From contig WGNN01000024.1 in the NCBI GenBank assembly GCA_016124515.1, forward strand, positions 1-56,963: a stretch of DNA of 56,963 bases. The letters run 5' to 3'. The notes under the pieces were generated by a model, which did no database searches, was not told where the DNA came from, and saw only the letters and a list, made by a program, of their open reading frames with translations. The position numbers and the translations under genes are program-made. The stretch is from a bacterium. GTDB lineage: Bacteria; Bacteroidota; Bacteroidia; CAILMK01; JACPUW01. This document shows, one piece after another, positions 35,225-44,374 of the stretch; position 1 is the stretch's first letter; each line of letters opens with the position of its first letter.

Positions 35225-36370
35225 TTACCTATACTTTTTGCCGTAAGCTTCCTGTATTTTTAGGTGATCGTTGTTATTGATGCCGCTTAACACTTCTACC
35301 ACAAGTCCATCGCTCAGTCCCAATGTTACTTCGCGTTTTTCAAAAACCTGGTCGGCAGTTTCCACTTCCACGAAATACTTATCGCCTTCAAAAAGCAAAA
35401 GACCTTCGTTAATGGCAAGCACATCGCTGCGTTGGTCCAATACAATCTCGGCATTGGCGCTGTAGCCTGCACGCACAAAAACCTCGTCTTTCAGGCTCAT
35501 TGCCGCCCTTATTTCAAACTGTATGGTTCCCTGGTCCACGGTTCCCTTGGGCGAAATATACTCGAGTACGCCGCTAAAGCGTTGGTCTTCAATGGCCCCT
35601 ATTTGGACGCTCAGTTCCATGCCTTCGTGCAATTTGCCCACTTCTGATTCATCAACAAATCCTTCAAAAATCATGTCGTCCATGTTGGCAACAGTCACCA
35701 CGGTGGTACCGTCATTAAAATTGTTGCTTTCTATTACCGAGGCGCCTTCTTTTACGGGCACGTCCAGTATCATGCCGGCCACGGTGGCTTTTACTATGTT
35801 GTTTGATGTGCTCGATCCCTGCAAAGCGCCTTCCTTTACCAATTGCAAGTTGTTGTTGGCCGAAGTCAGTTCTTCTTCAGCCAATTGGTAGTTGAGTTCT
35901 ATTCGCTCAAAATCAGCTACGGTAATGGCTTTTTTCTCCAGGAGCAACTGGTTTCTTTCAAGCGATAGTTTGGCATTGGAAAGGTTGAGCTCTGCGGTTT
36001 TTACGCGGTTTTCGGCTTGGTTGAGCTGCACCACATTGGGTATTATTTTTATGAGGGCAATCTTGTCGCCTTTCTTTACCATTTGCCCCGCTTCTACATA
36101 AATTTTGGTTATTACGCCGCTCACACGGGGTTTCAGTTCTATCTCTTCGCGCGGATTGATGGAACCGGTGGCTACGGTTTTTTTGTAAATGCTGGTTACT
36201 ACCGGCACGTCGGTGTCATAAACCACATCTTTCTGTTGGTCTTTGCTATACAAAAAGTAAAATGTATAAAACAAGCCAGCCAACAGGATAATAATAATGG
36301 CACCCCGCATCAGTCGTGACAGGAGGCGGTTTTTTCTTAGGCCACTTTCAATAGGGTTGTTGTTACTCAT
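35225..36370 (-). CDS. Efflux periplasmic adaptor subunit (HlyD/MacA family membrane fusion protein)
   Basis: N-terminal TM anchor, a lipoyl/barrel-sandwich motif (GQMVKKGDKIALI), a coiled-coil hairpin and a beta-barrel C-terminus. 8-nt overlap with the upstream permease gene. Confidence 0.85.
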   Translation of the reverse strand: MSNNNPIESGLRKNRLLSRLMRGAIIIILLAGLFYTFYFLYSKDQQKDVVYDTDVPVVTSIYKKTVATGSINPREEIELKPRVSGVITKIYVEAGQMVKKGDKIALIKIIPNVVQLNQAENRVKTAELNLSNAKLSLERNQLLLEKKAITVADFERIELNYQLAEEELTSANNNLQLVKEGALQGSSTSNNIVKATVAGMILDVPVKEGASVIESNNFNDGTTVVTVANMDDMIFEGFVDESEVGKLHEGMELSVQIGAIEDQRFSGVLEYISPKGTVDQGTIQFEIRAAMSLKDEVFVRAGYSANAEIVLDQRSDVLAINEGLLLFEGDKYFVEVETADQVFEKREVTLGLSDGLVVEVLSGINNNDHLKIQEAYGKKYR

Positions 36371-37622
36371 CTCTTAACGCTTCTATAGGATTTATTTTAA
36401 CTGCCTGCCGGGCCGGTATGAGACCCGCAAGCGCTCCGAAAACTACTAAAATTACCAGGGCAGTAATGGCGGTGCCAAGGTCAATGCCGGTATTTTGAAA
36501 CATATCGAGCCCAAAATTCAGGTTCATTAGTTTGCTGATATAGGCTATTACCCCGTTTAGATTTTCAACCGCAAACACACCCAGCACTATGCCCAAATAG
36601 CCTGAAGCCAAGGTGAGCAAAATGGTTTCGAGCAAAATCATTGACATGATGCGCGAGGGGGTGGCGCCAAGGGCTTTTCGCACGCCCAGTTCTTTGGTTC
36701 GCTCTTTTACCACTATGAGCATAATATTGCTGATACCCACTATACCGGCCACCAAGGTGAGCAGCCCTACTACCCAGTTGAAAATTCTGATTCCGCTGAA
36801 CAGACCGGTCATTTTGGCCATTTCGCTTGCGCCATTCCAGCCGCCAAGTGCTTGTTGGTCATCAGGATGGTATTTGAGCCGCGGGGCAAGGGCGGTTTTT
36901 ACATGTCGCTGTGCATCGTCAGCCGAATAGCCTTCCTTTACGGTAGCGGCAATCCACTCCACTTTGTCGCCAAAATTGAAAGCATGCAAATAGGTATCGA
37001 AAGGAATGTAGAGTTGGTTTTCTTCATCAGCCGCCCGCTCATCGCTTTTATTTGATTTGTAAACACCGGCCACGGTAAAGAAAACCCCGTTTATTTTTAT
37101 GGTTTTCCCAATCGGATTTTCGTTGGCAAACAAAATGGGAACTACTGCCTGCCCCACTATGGCTATTTTTCTTCGCTGCTCCAAATCTGATGGTTTAAGG
37201 AAGCGGCCCATGGTAGTTTCTACCATTTGCACTTGTTGCACCTCGGGCGTGGCACCCACCACAGCAAAATTGCCATATCGGTTTTTGTGCACTACCACAT
37301 TTTGCCCCCTGAAACCGCCCAACTGACTCATGGGCACTACGTACTCCAGTTCGTCAAGGTTTTGTTGCAGGTAAATAATATCGGAGTAGCGCATTTGAAT
37401 TTGTCGTCCGGGTTTCATACCCATAAAAGGCATACTTGTGCGGCTGCCCCAAATAAAAAAGCTGTTTGAAGCCATGCCGCCAAACTGTTTGAGTACGCCA
37501 TGCTGCAAACCATTGCCTATGCCCAGCATGAGCACTATCATAAAAATACCCCAAAACACGCCAAATGCAGTGAGCAAGGTGCGCAGTTTGTTGTTTTTTA
37601 TGGTGGCTAGTATCTCGTTCAT
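36363..37622 (-). CDS. ABC transporter permease, MacB/FtsX type
   Basis: N-terminal TM segment, a large periplasmic domain (MacB_PCD-like) and a C-terminal FtsX 3-TM module (VKERTKELGVRKALGATPSRIMSMILLE...). Confidence 0.9.
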   Translation of the reverse strand: MNEILATIKNNKLRTLLTAFGVFWGIFMIVLMLGIGNGLQHGVLKQFGGMASNSFFIWGSRTSMPFMGMKPGRQIQMRYSDIIYLQQNLDELEYVVPMSQLGGFRGQNVVVHKNRYGNFAVVGATPEVQQVQMVETTMGRFLKPSDLEQRRKIAIVGQAVVPILFANENPIGKTIKINGVFFTVAGVYKSNKSDERAADEENQLYIPFDTYLHAFNFGDKVEWIAATVKEGYSADDAQRHVKTALAPRLKYHPDDQQALGGWNGASEMAKMTGLFSGIRIFNWVVGLLTLVAGIVGISNIMLIVVKERTKELGVRKALGATPSRIMSMILLETILLTLASGYLGIVLGVFAVENLNGVIAYISKLMNLNFGLDMFQNTGIDLGTAITALVILVVFGALAGLIPARQAVKINPIEALRDE

Positions 37623-38845
37623 TATTCTGCTCTAAGTGCTTCAATGGGGTTTACCTTCACTGCACGGTAAGCCGGCAACAAACCGGTGAGTGTGCCGGTA
37701 AGCACCAGTAAGGCTACGGCGCCCGCTATAATAGACAGGTTTACATTAGGATTTTGAATAAAGCCCATGTCAGGCACGGTGCTGTTGACCAACTCAATAA
37801 GCCCCACACCGGCCAGCAAACCCAAGTAGCCCGAAAAAAAGGTGATAAACACCGATTCGAACAAAATGAGGGCGATAATGGAAAACGGACTGGCGCCTAT
37901 GGCGCGGCGGATACCGAATTCCTTGGTTCGCTCCTTTACCGTTATGAGCAAAATATTGCCCACGCCCACCACTCCGGCTATCAGGGTCATTATGCCTACA
38001 AAACCAACAAAGTATTTGATGAAAACAATGAGATCGTCAAACTTCTTGAAGTTTTCAAAATTGTTGCGTACATGCAAGGCCCGCGGATCATTGGGGCTGA
38101 ATTTGAGCCGTGCCGCCAGCAAATTGAAAACGTCTTTCTCAAGCACCTTGCTTTCTTCAAGGCCGCCATTGCCCATCGTCACCATTATCCGGTGTACTTT
38201 GTTGAATTCATTAAAGGCCATTTGTGCCGTGCTCAGGGGAATATGCAGCATGCGGTTTTCGTAATCGCCGCCGTTGTCAAAAAAAACGCCAACCACTTTG
38301 TAGCTGATGCCCGCCATGCTTATCCGTTGCCCAATGGCACTTTTATCAGGAAAAAAGAATTCCTTTACGGGCAGACCTATAACCGCCACTTTTCGGTGGT
38401 TTTTCACATCATCTTCATTTATATAGCGTCCTTCGCGTACTTCGGTGTTTTCTACATATCGGTATTGTGGTGTGACGCCTTTTGATGAAAAGCCCGCCGA
38501 TTTGGTTCCATAAGTTACGTCTTGCGCGCCCCAGCGGTCAATGCGGGCGCAGATGTACTCGTAGTCGGGCAGGTTTTGCTTTACAAATTCGTAGTCGTCG
38601 TTGGTAAATTGCAGGCGGCGGTTGTTGGCCAATCCTTTGTAGGGAACCGAGGTGGTGCCCGGCGAAATCCAAATGCTGTTGATGGCATCGTCGCGGAATT
38701 CTTTTTTGACGCCATTGCCAAGTCCATTGCCTACCGACAACAAAACCACAATGAGAAATATGCCCCAACCCACCGAAAAACCCGTAATAGCGGTTCGCAG
38801 CTTGTGCCTTTTCAGGGATTCCCATATTTCTGCAAAAACACCCAT
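37622..38845 (-). CDS. ABC transporter permease, MacB/FtsX type (second copy)
   Basis: Same architecture as the first permease (VKERTKEFGIRRAIGASPFSIIALILFE...). Single-nt TAATG overlaps on both sides. Confidence 0.9.
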   Translation of the reverse strand: MGVFAEIWESLKRHKLRTAITGFSVGWGIFLIVVLLSVGNGLGNGVKKEFRDDAINSIWISPGTTSVPYKGLANNRRLQFTNDDYEFVKQNLPDYEYICARIDRWGAQDVTYGTKSAGFSSKGVTPQYRYVENTEVREGRYINEDDVKNHRKVAVIGLPVKEFFFPDKSAIGQRISMAGISYKVVGVFFDNGGDYENRMLHIPLSTAQMAFNEFNKVHRIMVTMGNGGLEESKVLEKDVFNLLAARLKFSPNDPRALHVRNNFENFKKFDDLIVFIKYFVGFVGIMTLIAGVVGVGNILLITVKERTKEFGIRRAIGASPFSIIALILFESVFITFFSGYLGLLAGVGLIELVNSTVPDMGFIQNPNVNLSIIAGAVALLVLTGTLTGLLPAYRAVKVNPIEALRAE

Positions 38846-39510
38846 TAGTCTTTTACAATTAATCCGTCTTTCAGGTTGATAAGGCGGTGGGTGTTTTTGG
38901 CCACCTCGGCATCGTGGGTCACAATTACTACGGTCATTCCGGCTTCATTCACTTCTTTAAACAGCGACATGATTTCGCCTGAAGTTACCGAATCGAGGGC
39001 ACCGGTAGGTTCGTCGGCCAATATTACCTTGGGTTTGGTAACCAAAGCCCGCGCTATGGCCACCCTTTGTTTTTGTCCACCGCTCATTTCGTTGGGCAAG
39101 TGGTTGCTCCATTGTGTCAGCCCTACCCTTTCCAGCATCTCATAAGCTCTTTTTTCGCGTTCGCGGCGACCTACTTTCTGGTAGTACAGAGGCAGGCTCA
39201 CATTGTCGAGCGCATTTTTGAATGAAAGCAAATTGAATGATTGAAAAACGAAACCCAGAAACTTGTTGCGGTATTGGGCTGCTCTTTTTTCGTTGAGCTG
39301 CCTGATGAGGGTATTGTCGAGCAGGTAGCTTCCTTCGTCGTAGTTGTCGAGTATGCCAATAATATTGAGCAAAGTGGACTTGCCCGAACCTGAAGGCCCC
39401 ATGATACTTACCATTTCGCCTTGCTCTATTAACAAATCTATGCCTTTGAGCACATGCATACTGCTGCTACCCAGGGTATAAGACTTGTGTATTTGCTGTA
39501 ATTGTATCAT
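38845..39510 (-). CDS. ABC transporter ATP-binding protein (MacB/LolD class)
   Basis: Walker A GPSGSGKSTLLN, signature MSGGQKQRVAIARAL and Walker B ILADEPTGALD. Confidence 0.95.
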   Translation of the reverse strand: MIQLQQIHKSYTLGSSSMHVLKGIDLLIEQGEMVSIMGPSGSGKSTLLNIIGILDNYDEGSYLLDNTLIRQLNEKRAAQYRNKFLGFVFQSFNLLSFKNALDNVSLPLYYQKVGRREREKRAYEMLERVGLTQWSNHLPNEMSGGQKQRVAIARALVTKPKVILADEPTGALDSVTSGEIMSLFKEVNEAGMTVVIVTHDAEVAKNTHRLINLKDGLIVKD

Positions 39511-39609
39511 TTGTAAAGTTGGGCAAATATGGTAAAACTTGTGCAGTAGCTTCGCCTTATTACACTGAAGGCAAAATTGCCCCTTGAAAACGACTACAGC
39601 GTTAAGATG

Positions 39610-40641
39610 CTATTGTGCTTTATAAACCTTGGTGGTACTTAATTGGCTGCCATTGCTGCTCACCACAAAGTAATAGCCCGCCGGAAGCGAAGCCATATTT
39701 ATTTGGTGGTTGGTACTTGACGCGCTGCTTGCCAACTCCATTTTACCTGTTAAAGAATATACCTTTAACGACACGGGCTGCGGACTTGTGGCTATGAGCA
39801 AATTTTGATGCAACGTAACCTTGCTTAGACATTTTACAGCCTCCTGGGGGCAGGCCACCGTGCTGTTGTCATAAAAAGTAAATTCGGCCAAGGTATCAAT
39901 GCCGGTGCCGTTGTTTACTATTTTGGCACCTACCCTCAAAACCGTATTGGCATAGCCGGGGGTGTAAAATTCCCAGGTTACCAGCGAATCTATAATGGTG
40001 TCAACCTGTTGGGTGATATTTTGCTTTGCCAAGGCATAAAAAGTCAAAACCCGTCTAAGGCGAATCACATCAAAAGTGGTGTCGCCGGGTATTTTAATGG
40101 TTCCATAGCCATTTACCACATATTCGCTTTTCATCTTGGCCCTAATGTCGTACAAAGGAAAAACCTGCACGTGCGAGGTGGTACTATCCAGCATTTTCGC
40201 AGGAAAGCTCAGTGGAGCGGTCATAAAATTTACCACCGAATCAAACTGAAACGTAATGGGCACGGGCAAACCCATGTTGGGTGTAAGAGCCACCATATTG
40301 ATAGAATCGCCTGAATTGGCAAAAAAAGCGGTTCCGTAGCTGTAGGCAAAACCATAGTCGGCACCCTTTACCGAACTGCCCCCGCTTAGTGTTTTCGGGT
40401 CTGCCATGTAATCGCTTCCCTTGGTATCAGGTTTCAGCGATGACAAATCGTAGTTGAATTGAGTGGTGCTCGTATTGAAAATTTGGTAGGGAACCTTGTT
40501 TTTTGGTAATAAAATGGAGTTGGTATAAAACTTATCGCCCTTTTGCGGAAAGTCGCTGCTGCTAAGGCTTATTTGTGCCTGAATGGTTTGGGCAATGAAA
40601 ACCAATACCAAAGTGGCACATAGAGAAGTAAATCTGTTCAT
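39610..40641 (-). CDS. Uncharacterised secreted protein with T9SS type-A CTD (paralogue P2)
   Basis: Signal peptide MNRFTSLCATLVLVFIAQTIQAQ at ATG 40641 (the track start at 40665 is TTG). The CTD is LKVYSLTGKM...AGYYFVVSSNG...KVYKAQ. Family motifs NGYGTIKI, FDVIRLRR and TWEFYTPGY. Confidence 0.8.
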   Translation of the reverse strand: MNRFTSLCATLVLVFIAQTIQAQISLSSSDFPQKGDKFYTNSILLPKNKVPYQIFNTSTTQFNYDLSSLKPDTKGSDYMADPKTLSGGSSVKGADYGFAYSYGTAFFANSGDSINMVALTPNMGLPVPITFQFDSVVNFMTAPLSFPAKMLDSTTSHVQVFPLYDIRAKMKSEYVVNGYGTIKIPGDTTFDVIRLRRVLTFYALAKQNITQQVDTIIDSLVTWEFYTPGYANTVLRVGAKIVNNGTGIDTLAEFTFYDNSTVACPQEAVKCLSKVTLHQNLLIATSPQPVSLKVYSLTGKMELASSASSTNHQINMASLPAGYYFVVSSNGSQLSTTKVYKAQ

Positions 40642-40654
40642 TTGAATACCTAAC

Positions 40655-41731
40655 TTACTGTGCAATAATGAATTTTCCCGTTTCTATGATCTTGTTGTTT
40701 GAAGTGCTTTTAACCACATAAACTCCCGCCGGAAGGGCTGCCATATCCACTGTTAATACCTGTGAGGTGGCATTCAACTCACGCACCAATTGCCCATTGG
40801 TATTATACACTTCTATGCGACCGCCGTCTTGCAAGTCGGTGTTTTTAATAATAAGCTGCTTGAGCGAAGAGATGTAAATGAGGTTGAGGTTATTGGCTGT
40901 TTTTGAGAGCGGTGCCGGCTGTACCGACGAAACAATACGGTCGTCTTTGTAGGCAAAGCTGTAAGTAGTAGTGCCGGTTCGTTGTTCTTCAGAAATTGTA
41001 AACTTGGCAATTGCATCGCCATAGCCGTTGGTATAAAATTCATAGGCGGTTTCTATGGTGGTAGTGGTGTCATGTATCTCCTGTGGCCCAACACTCACGC
41101 TCACTATGGCTTCGGTAGCGGTTTCGCGTTTTATGCGCAGCACCTCATAGCTGGCGCCCCCCGGAATAATAACGGTTCCGAAACCATCGATTACATAATG
41201 CACATTGCTGGTGATGAGCACCTTGCCCAGGCTCAATAAATCAACTGATGCGCGGCTTACTTCATCCACTTCGTCGCCAAGTTTGGCGGGCACTTTTAGT
41301 AGCGGAGCCGCGGGCCTGAACTCAGCCTTTATATCTAGCTGCCCCATGGGCGTGTTCATAGAACCACTTTGGCCGGAAAGATAAAATCCGGTTGGGTTCT
41401 TGATAAAATAAACGTATTGTGCGCTGCTATTGTCGGGGTTGTGGTCCACCATGTTGGCATCAGGAAAATCGAAAGCCGCCGGTGTGCCTTCCACCCAATA
41501 GTAGTAAGAAGTGTCGGGTTGGGTGGCATCGGTTATTCCGCTGAAATCCCATTCTATGGCCTCGGTTGATTGCTGATTGATACTGCCCGGCATTTTTCTA
41601 TACGACATATTTATCACGCTTTTGCGCAAGTAAATTTCGCCGCGGTTGGGCAAATCGTAGTAACCTAAACCTATTTGGGCCATGCCCTGAAAAGAAAGGA
41701 GCAACATGCTGAGAACGAACGAATATTTCAT
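40655..41731 (-). CDS. Uncharacterised secreted protein with T9SS type-A CTD (paralogue P3)
   Basis: Signal peptide MKYSFVLSMLLLSFQGMAQ. The CTD is IEVYNTNGQLV...AGVYVVKSTS...GKFIIAQ. Family motifs DGFGTVII, YEVLRIKR and AYEFYTNGY. Confidence 0.8.
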   Translation of the reverse strand: MKYSFVLSMLLLSFQGMAQIGLGYYDLPNRGEIYLRKSVINMSYRKMPGSINQQSTEAIEWDFSGITDATQPDTSYYYWVEGTPAAFDFPDANMVDHNPDNSSAQYVYFIKNPTGFYLSGQSGSMNTPMGQLDIKAEFRPAAPLLKVPAKLGDEVDEVSRASVDLLSLGKVLITSNVHYVIDGFGTVIIPGGASYEVLRIKRETATEAIVSVSVGPQEIHDTTTTIETAYEFYTNGYGDAIAKFTISEEQRTGTTTYSFAYKDDRIVSSVQPAPLSKTANNLNLIYISSLKQLIIKNTDLQDGGRIEVYNTNGQLVRELNATSQVLTVDMAALPAGVYVVKSTSNNKIIETGKFIIAQ

Positions 41732-41840
41732 AGTATTTGAATTGGGAACTCAAATTTAACAATAGCCAACTACAGGCAATGCTAAATTCACTAAATTGGT
41801 ACAAACGGTTCCCCCCTTATTTTTGAAGCCATTTTAGCCC

Positions 41841-43811
41841 GTGATACCAAAGGAAATAATAGCAGACATTACCGAGCGCGCCCACGTAGAAGATATTGTG
41901 GGCGAATTTGTGAACCTGAAGAAGCGGGGTGTCAATTTCATTGGTCTGTGTCCTTTTCACCAAGAGAAAACACCTTCGTTCACCGTATCGCCAAATAAGG
42001 GTATTTACAAGTGTTTTGGCTGTGGCAAGTCGGGCGACTCGGTTAAGTTTTTGATGGAGCACGAACACTACAACTACCCCGAGGCACTGCGCTACCTGGC
42101 CAAAAAGTACGGCATAGAAATACCCGAAGAAGAACTTACCCCGGAACAAAAAGACAGCTACAGCCGCAAAGAGAGCATTTATATAGTATTGGCCTACGCC
42201 GAAAAATTTTATCAGGAGCAACTTACGCAAAGCGATCAGGGCGAGCTAATTGGTATGCCCTACGTGCAAGAGCGCGGAATAAATGCCGAGAGCCTTGAAA
42301 ATTTTAAAATAGGCTATGCCCCCGGAGGCTGGGAAACTTTTTCGAAAGCAGCCTTGCGGGCGGGCTATACCGAAGAATATTTGCTGGCCGCTGGCTTGTC
42401 GATAAAAACCGAAAAAGGCAACCTAATTGACCGCTTTCGCGAACGCATAATGTTCCCCATTCATTCCCTGTCGGGGCGCACCATAGGTTTTGGTGGCCGT
42501 ATTTTGAAAACCGATAAAAAAGAGGCCAAATACATCAACTCGCCCGATACCGAAGTGTATAACAAAAGTGAAGTGTTGTATGGCTTGTTTCAGGGCAAGC
42601 GCGAGGTAAAATCGCAGGATTTGTGCTATATAGTTGAGGGCTATACCGATGTGATATCGCTGCACCAAAAAGGCATCAGCAATGTAGCGGCGTCATCGGG
42701 CACAAGCCTTACCGAAGGCCATTTGCAATTGGTAAAGCGCTATACCAACAACATTTGTTTTCTCTTTGACGGCGATGCGGCAGGTATAAAAGCCTCGCTG
42801 CGGGCCATAGACCTGGCGCTGGAGGAAGGCCTGAACGTAAAAGCCCTGGCGCTGCCCCCGGGCGAAGACCCCGACTCATTTGCCAAAACCCACAGCAAAC
42901 CCGAGATAGAAGCTTTTCTTGAAGATGAGGCAAAGGATTTTATCATCTTCAAAACCGACCTGCTGCTACCCGAGGTTAAGGACGACCCCATAAAAAAGGC
43001 AGAAGCCATAGTGCAAATTGTGCATTCCATAGCGCTTATTCCCAATGCACTCACACGCACCCTTTATGTGCAGCAATGTGCCAAGTTGCTGGCCATTGAA
43101 GAAAACGTGCTGGTAATAGAGCTGAACAAGCAGCTGGGCAATGTGCTGAAAAACAAAGAACAAAAGTGGCGGAATGAACAAGCGGAAGCGGGTAGAGCCG
43201 CACCACCGCAAAGCAACGAAGGCCCCGATATAGCCTGGCCCGAAGATGAAATACCAAAGGAGCAACAAACCGTGGCAGATCCGCTGGCCTATCAGGAAGA
43301 GCAGTTGGTGAAATTCATTTTGCGCTTTGGCCACCTTATGTACGACGATGAGCAGATGGAAACCGTGGCCGAGCATATTCTTGAGTTTATTGAAACCCAC
43401 GAAGCCCACCCCGACAACAAATTGCTGGTGATCTTGCTAAAGGAATACGAGCACCACTTGAACCACTGGGGCGTGGCTGAACTCAATGAATTTCTGCACC
43501 ACCCAAACGAAGAAATACGCAGTGTAGCCATTGATTTTCTACACGAAAAATACATAGCAAGCGAAAACTGGATAAAGAAAATAGGTCTTGAGATAAAGCC
43601 CGAAGACAACTACAAAGACACTATGAAGCGGGTGCTGAACCGCTACAAACTTTCGCTCATACAAAAGCTTATTGCACAAGCACGACTCGAGATACAGGAG
43701 CCCACCGATACCAATGATCTGATGCTGGCCTTGAAAACTTACAAATCACTTTTAGAAGTGCGCAAAGAGATTGCCGACATACTGGGTATGGTTATTATCA
43801 GAAACAACTGA
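41841..43811 (+). CDS. dnaG: DNA primase
   Basis: Zinc-binding motif CPFHQEKTPSFTVSPNKGIYKCFGCGKSGD, Toprim region (YIVEGYTDVISLHQ...FLFDGDAAGIKA) and a C-terminal helicase-interaction region. GTG start. Confidence 0.95.
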   Translation: MIPKEIIADITERAHVEDIVGEFVNLKKRGVNFIGLCPFHQEKTPSFTVSPNKGIYKCFGCGKSGDSVKFLMEHEHYNYPEALRYLAKKYGIEIPEEELTPEQKDSYSRKESIYIVLAYAEKFYQEQLTQSDQGELIGMPYVQERGINAESLENFKIGYAPGGWETFSKAALRAGYTEEYLLAAGLSIKTEKGNLIDRFRERIMFPIHSLSGRTIGFGGRILKTDKKEAKYINSPDTEVYNKSEVLYGLFQGKREVKSQDLCYIVEGYTDVISLHQKGISNVAASSGTSLTEGHLQLVKRYTNNICFLFDGDAAGIKASLRAIDLALEEGLNVKALALPPGEDPDSFAKTHSKPEIEAFLEDEAKDFIIFKTDLLLPEVKDDPIKKAEAIVQIVHSIALIPNALTRTLYVQQCAKLLAIEENVLVIELNKQLGNVLKNKEQKWRNEQAEAGRAAPPQSNEGPDIAWPEDEIPKEQQTVADPLAYQEEQLVKFILRFGHLMYDDEQMETVAEHILEFIETHEAHPDNKLLVILLKEYEHHLNHWGVAELNEFLHHPNEEIRSVAIDFLHEKYIASENWIKKIGLEIKPEDNYKDTMKRVLNRYKLSLIQKLIAQARLEIQEPTDTNDLMLALKTYKSLLEVRKEIADILGMVIIRNN

Positions 43812-43897
43812 TTGAAATGCGCTTTACACAATTTGCCCATTGAAATGTTTCGCCGAAATGGCATTTTTCAATTTCTTTGTAACAAATCAAACTAGCT

Positions 43898-44344
43898 ATG
43901 TTTCGTATCATTACCTCCCTATTAGTAGTACTTTTTTGCAGCAGTTTTGCGCAAGACGAGTTTGACTCAAAGACCGCGGCACTCGACTACCTCAACCACA
44001 GCAATATTTGGGTTGCCGGTTTGCCGGAGTACAGCCTGAACAATGAAACCGGTGTACTATCGATAAAAGTAACCTCGGGCACCGCAAGCCTGGTGAGCGA
44101 AGCCCCGCTTGCCAATATGAGTGCCGAGCTGAAAGAAGGCAAAACCATTACCGTAGAAATGAACTGCAACGATGGCGCATTTTGTGTGCAAGCCAAGGCG
44201 GCCAACAAAAACCTGGAAACCGACGGTGTAACTTTGGTAATGTACAGCACCTTTGACGATGGCACCTACCGCCCGCAATACTTGGAAAAGGGCGGAAAAA
44301 TTGTAGCCGCCATCAACTACCTCACCCGTTTTTACCAGCCTTAG
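43898..44344 (+). CDS. Hypothetical secreted protein
   Basis: 148 aa with signal peptide MFRIITSLLVVLFCSSFAQ. I recognised no family. Confidence 0.55.
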   Translation: MFRIITSLLVVLFCSSFAQDEFDSKTAALDYLNHSNIWVAGLPEYSLNNETGVLSIKVTSGTASLVSEAPLANMSAELKEGKTITVEMNCNDGAFCVQAKAANKNLETDGVTLVMYSTFDDGTYRPQYLEKGGKIVAAINYLTRFYQP

Positions 44345-44374
44345 GAAACCGAATTTGGTGCTGTTGCGGTGTTT

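Noticed and set aside
41817-42230. 137-aa ORF antisense to the 5' end of dnaG
   Set aside because: It overlaps the unmistakable DnaG zinc-finger region on the opposite strand, and its translation has no motif.
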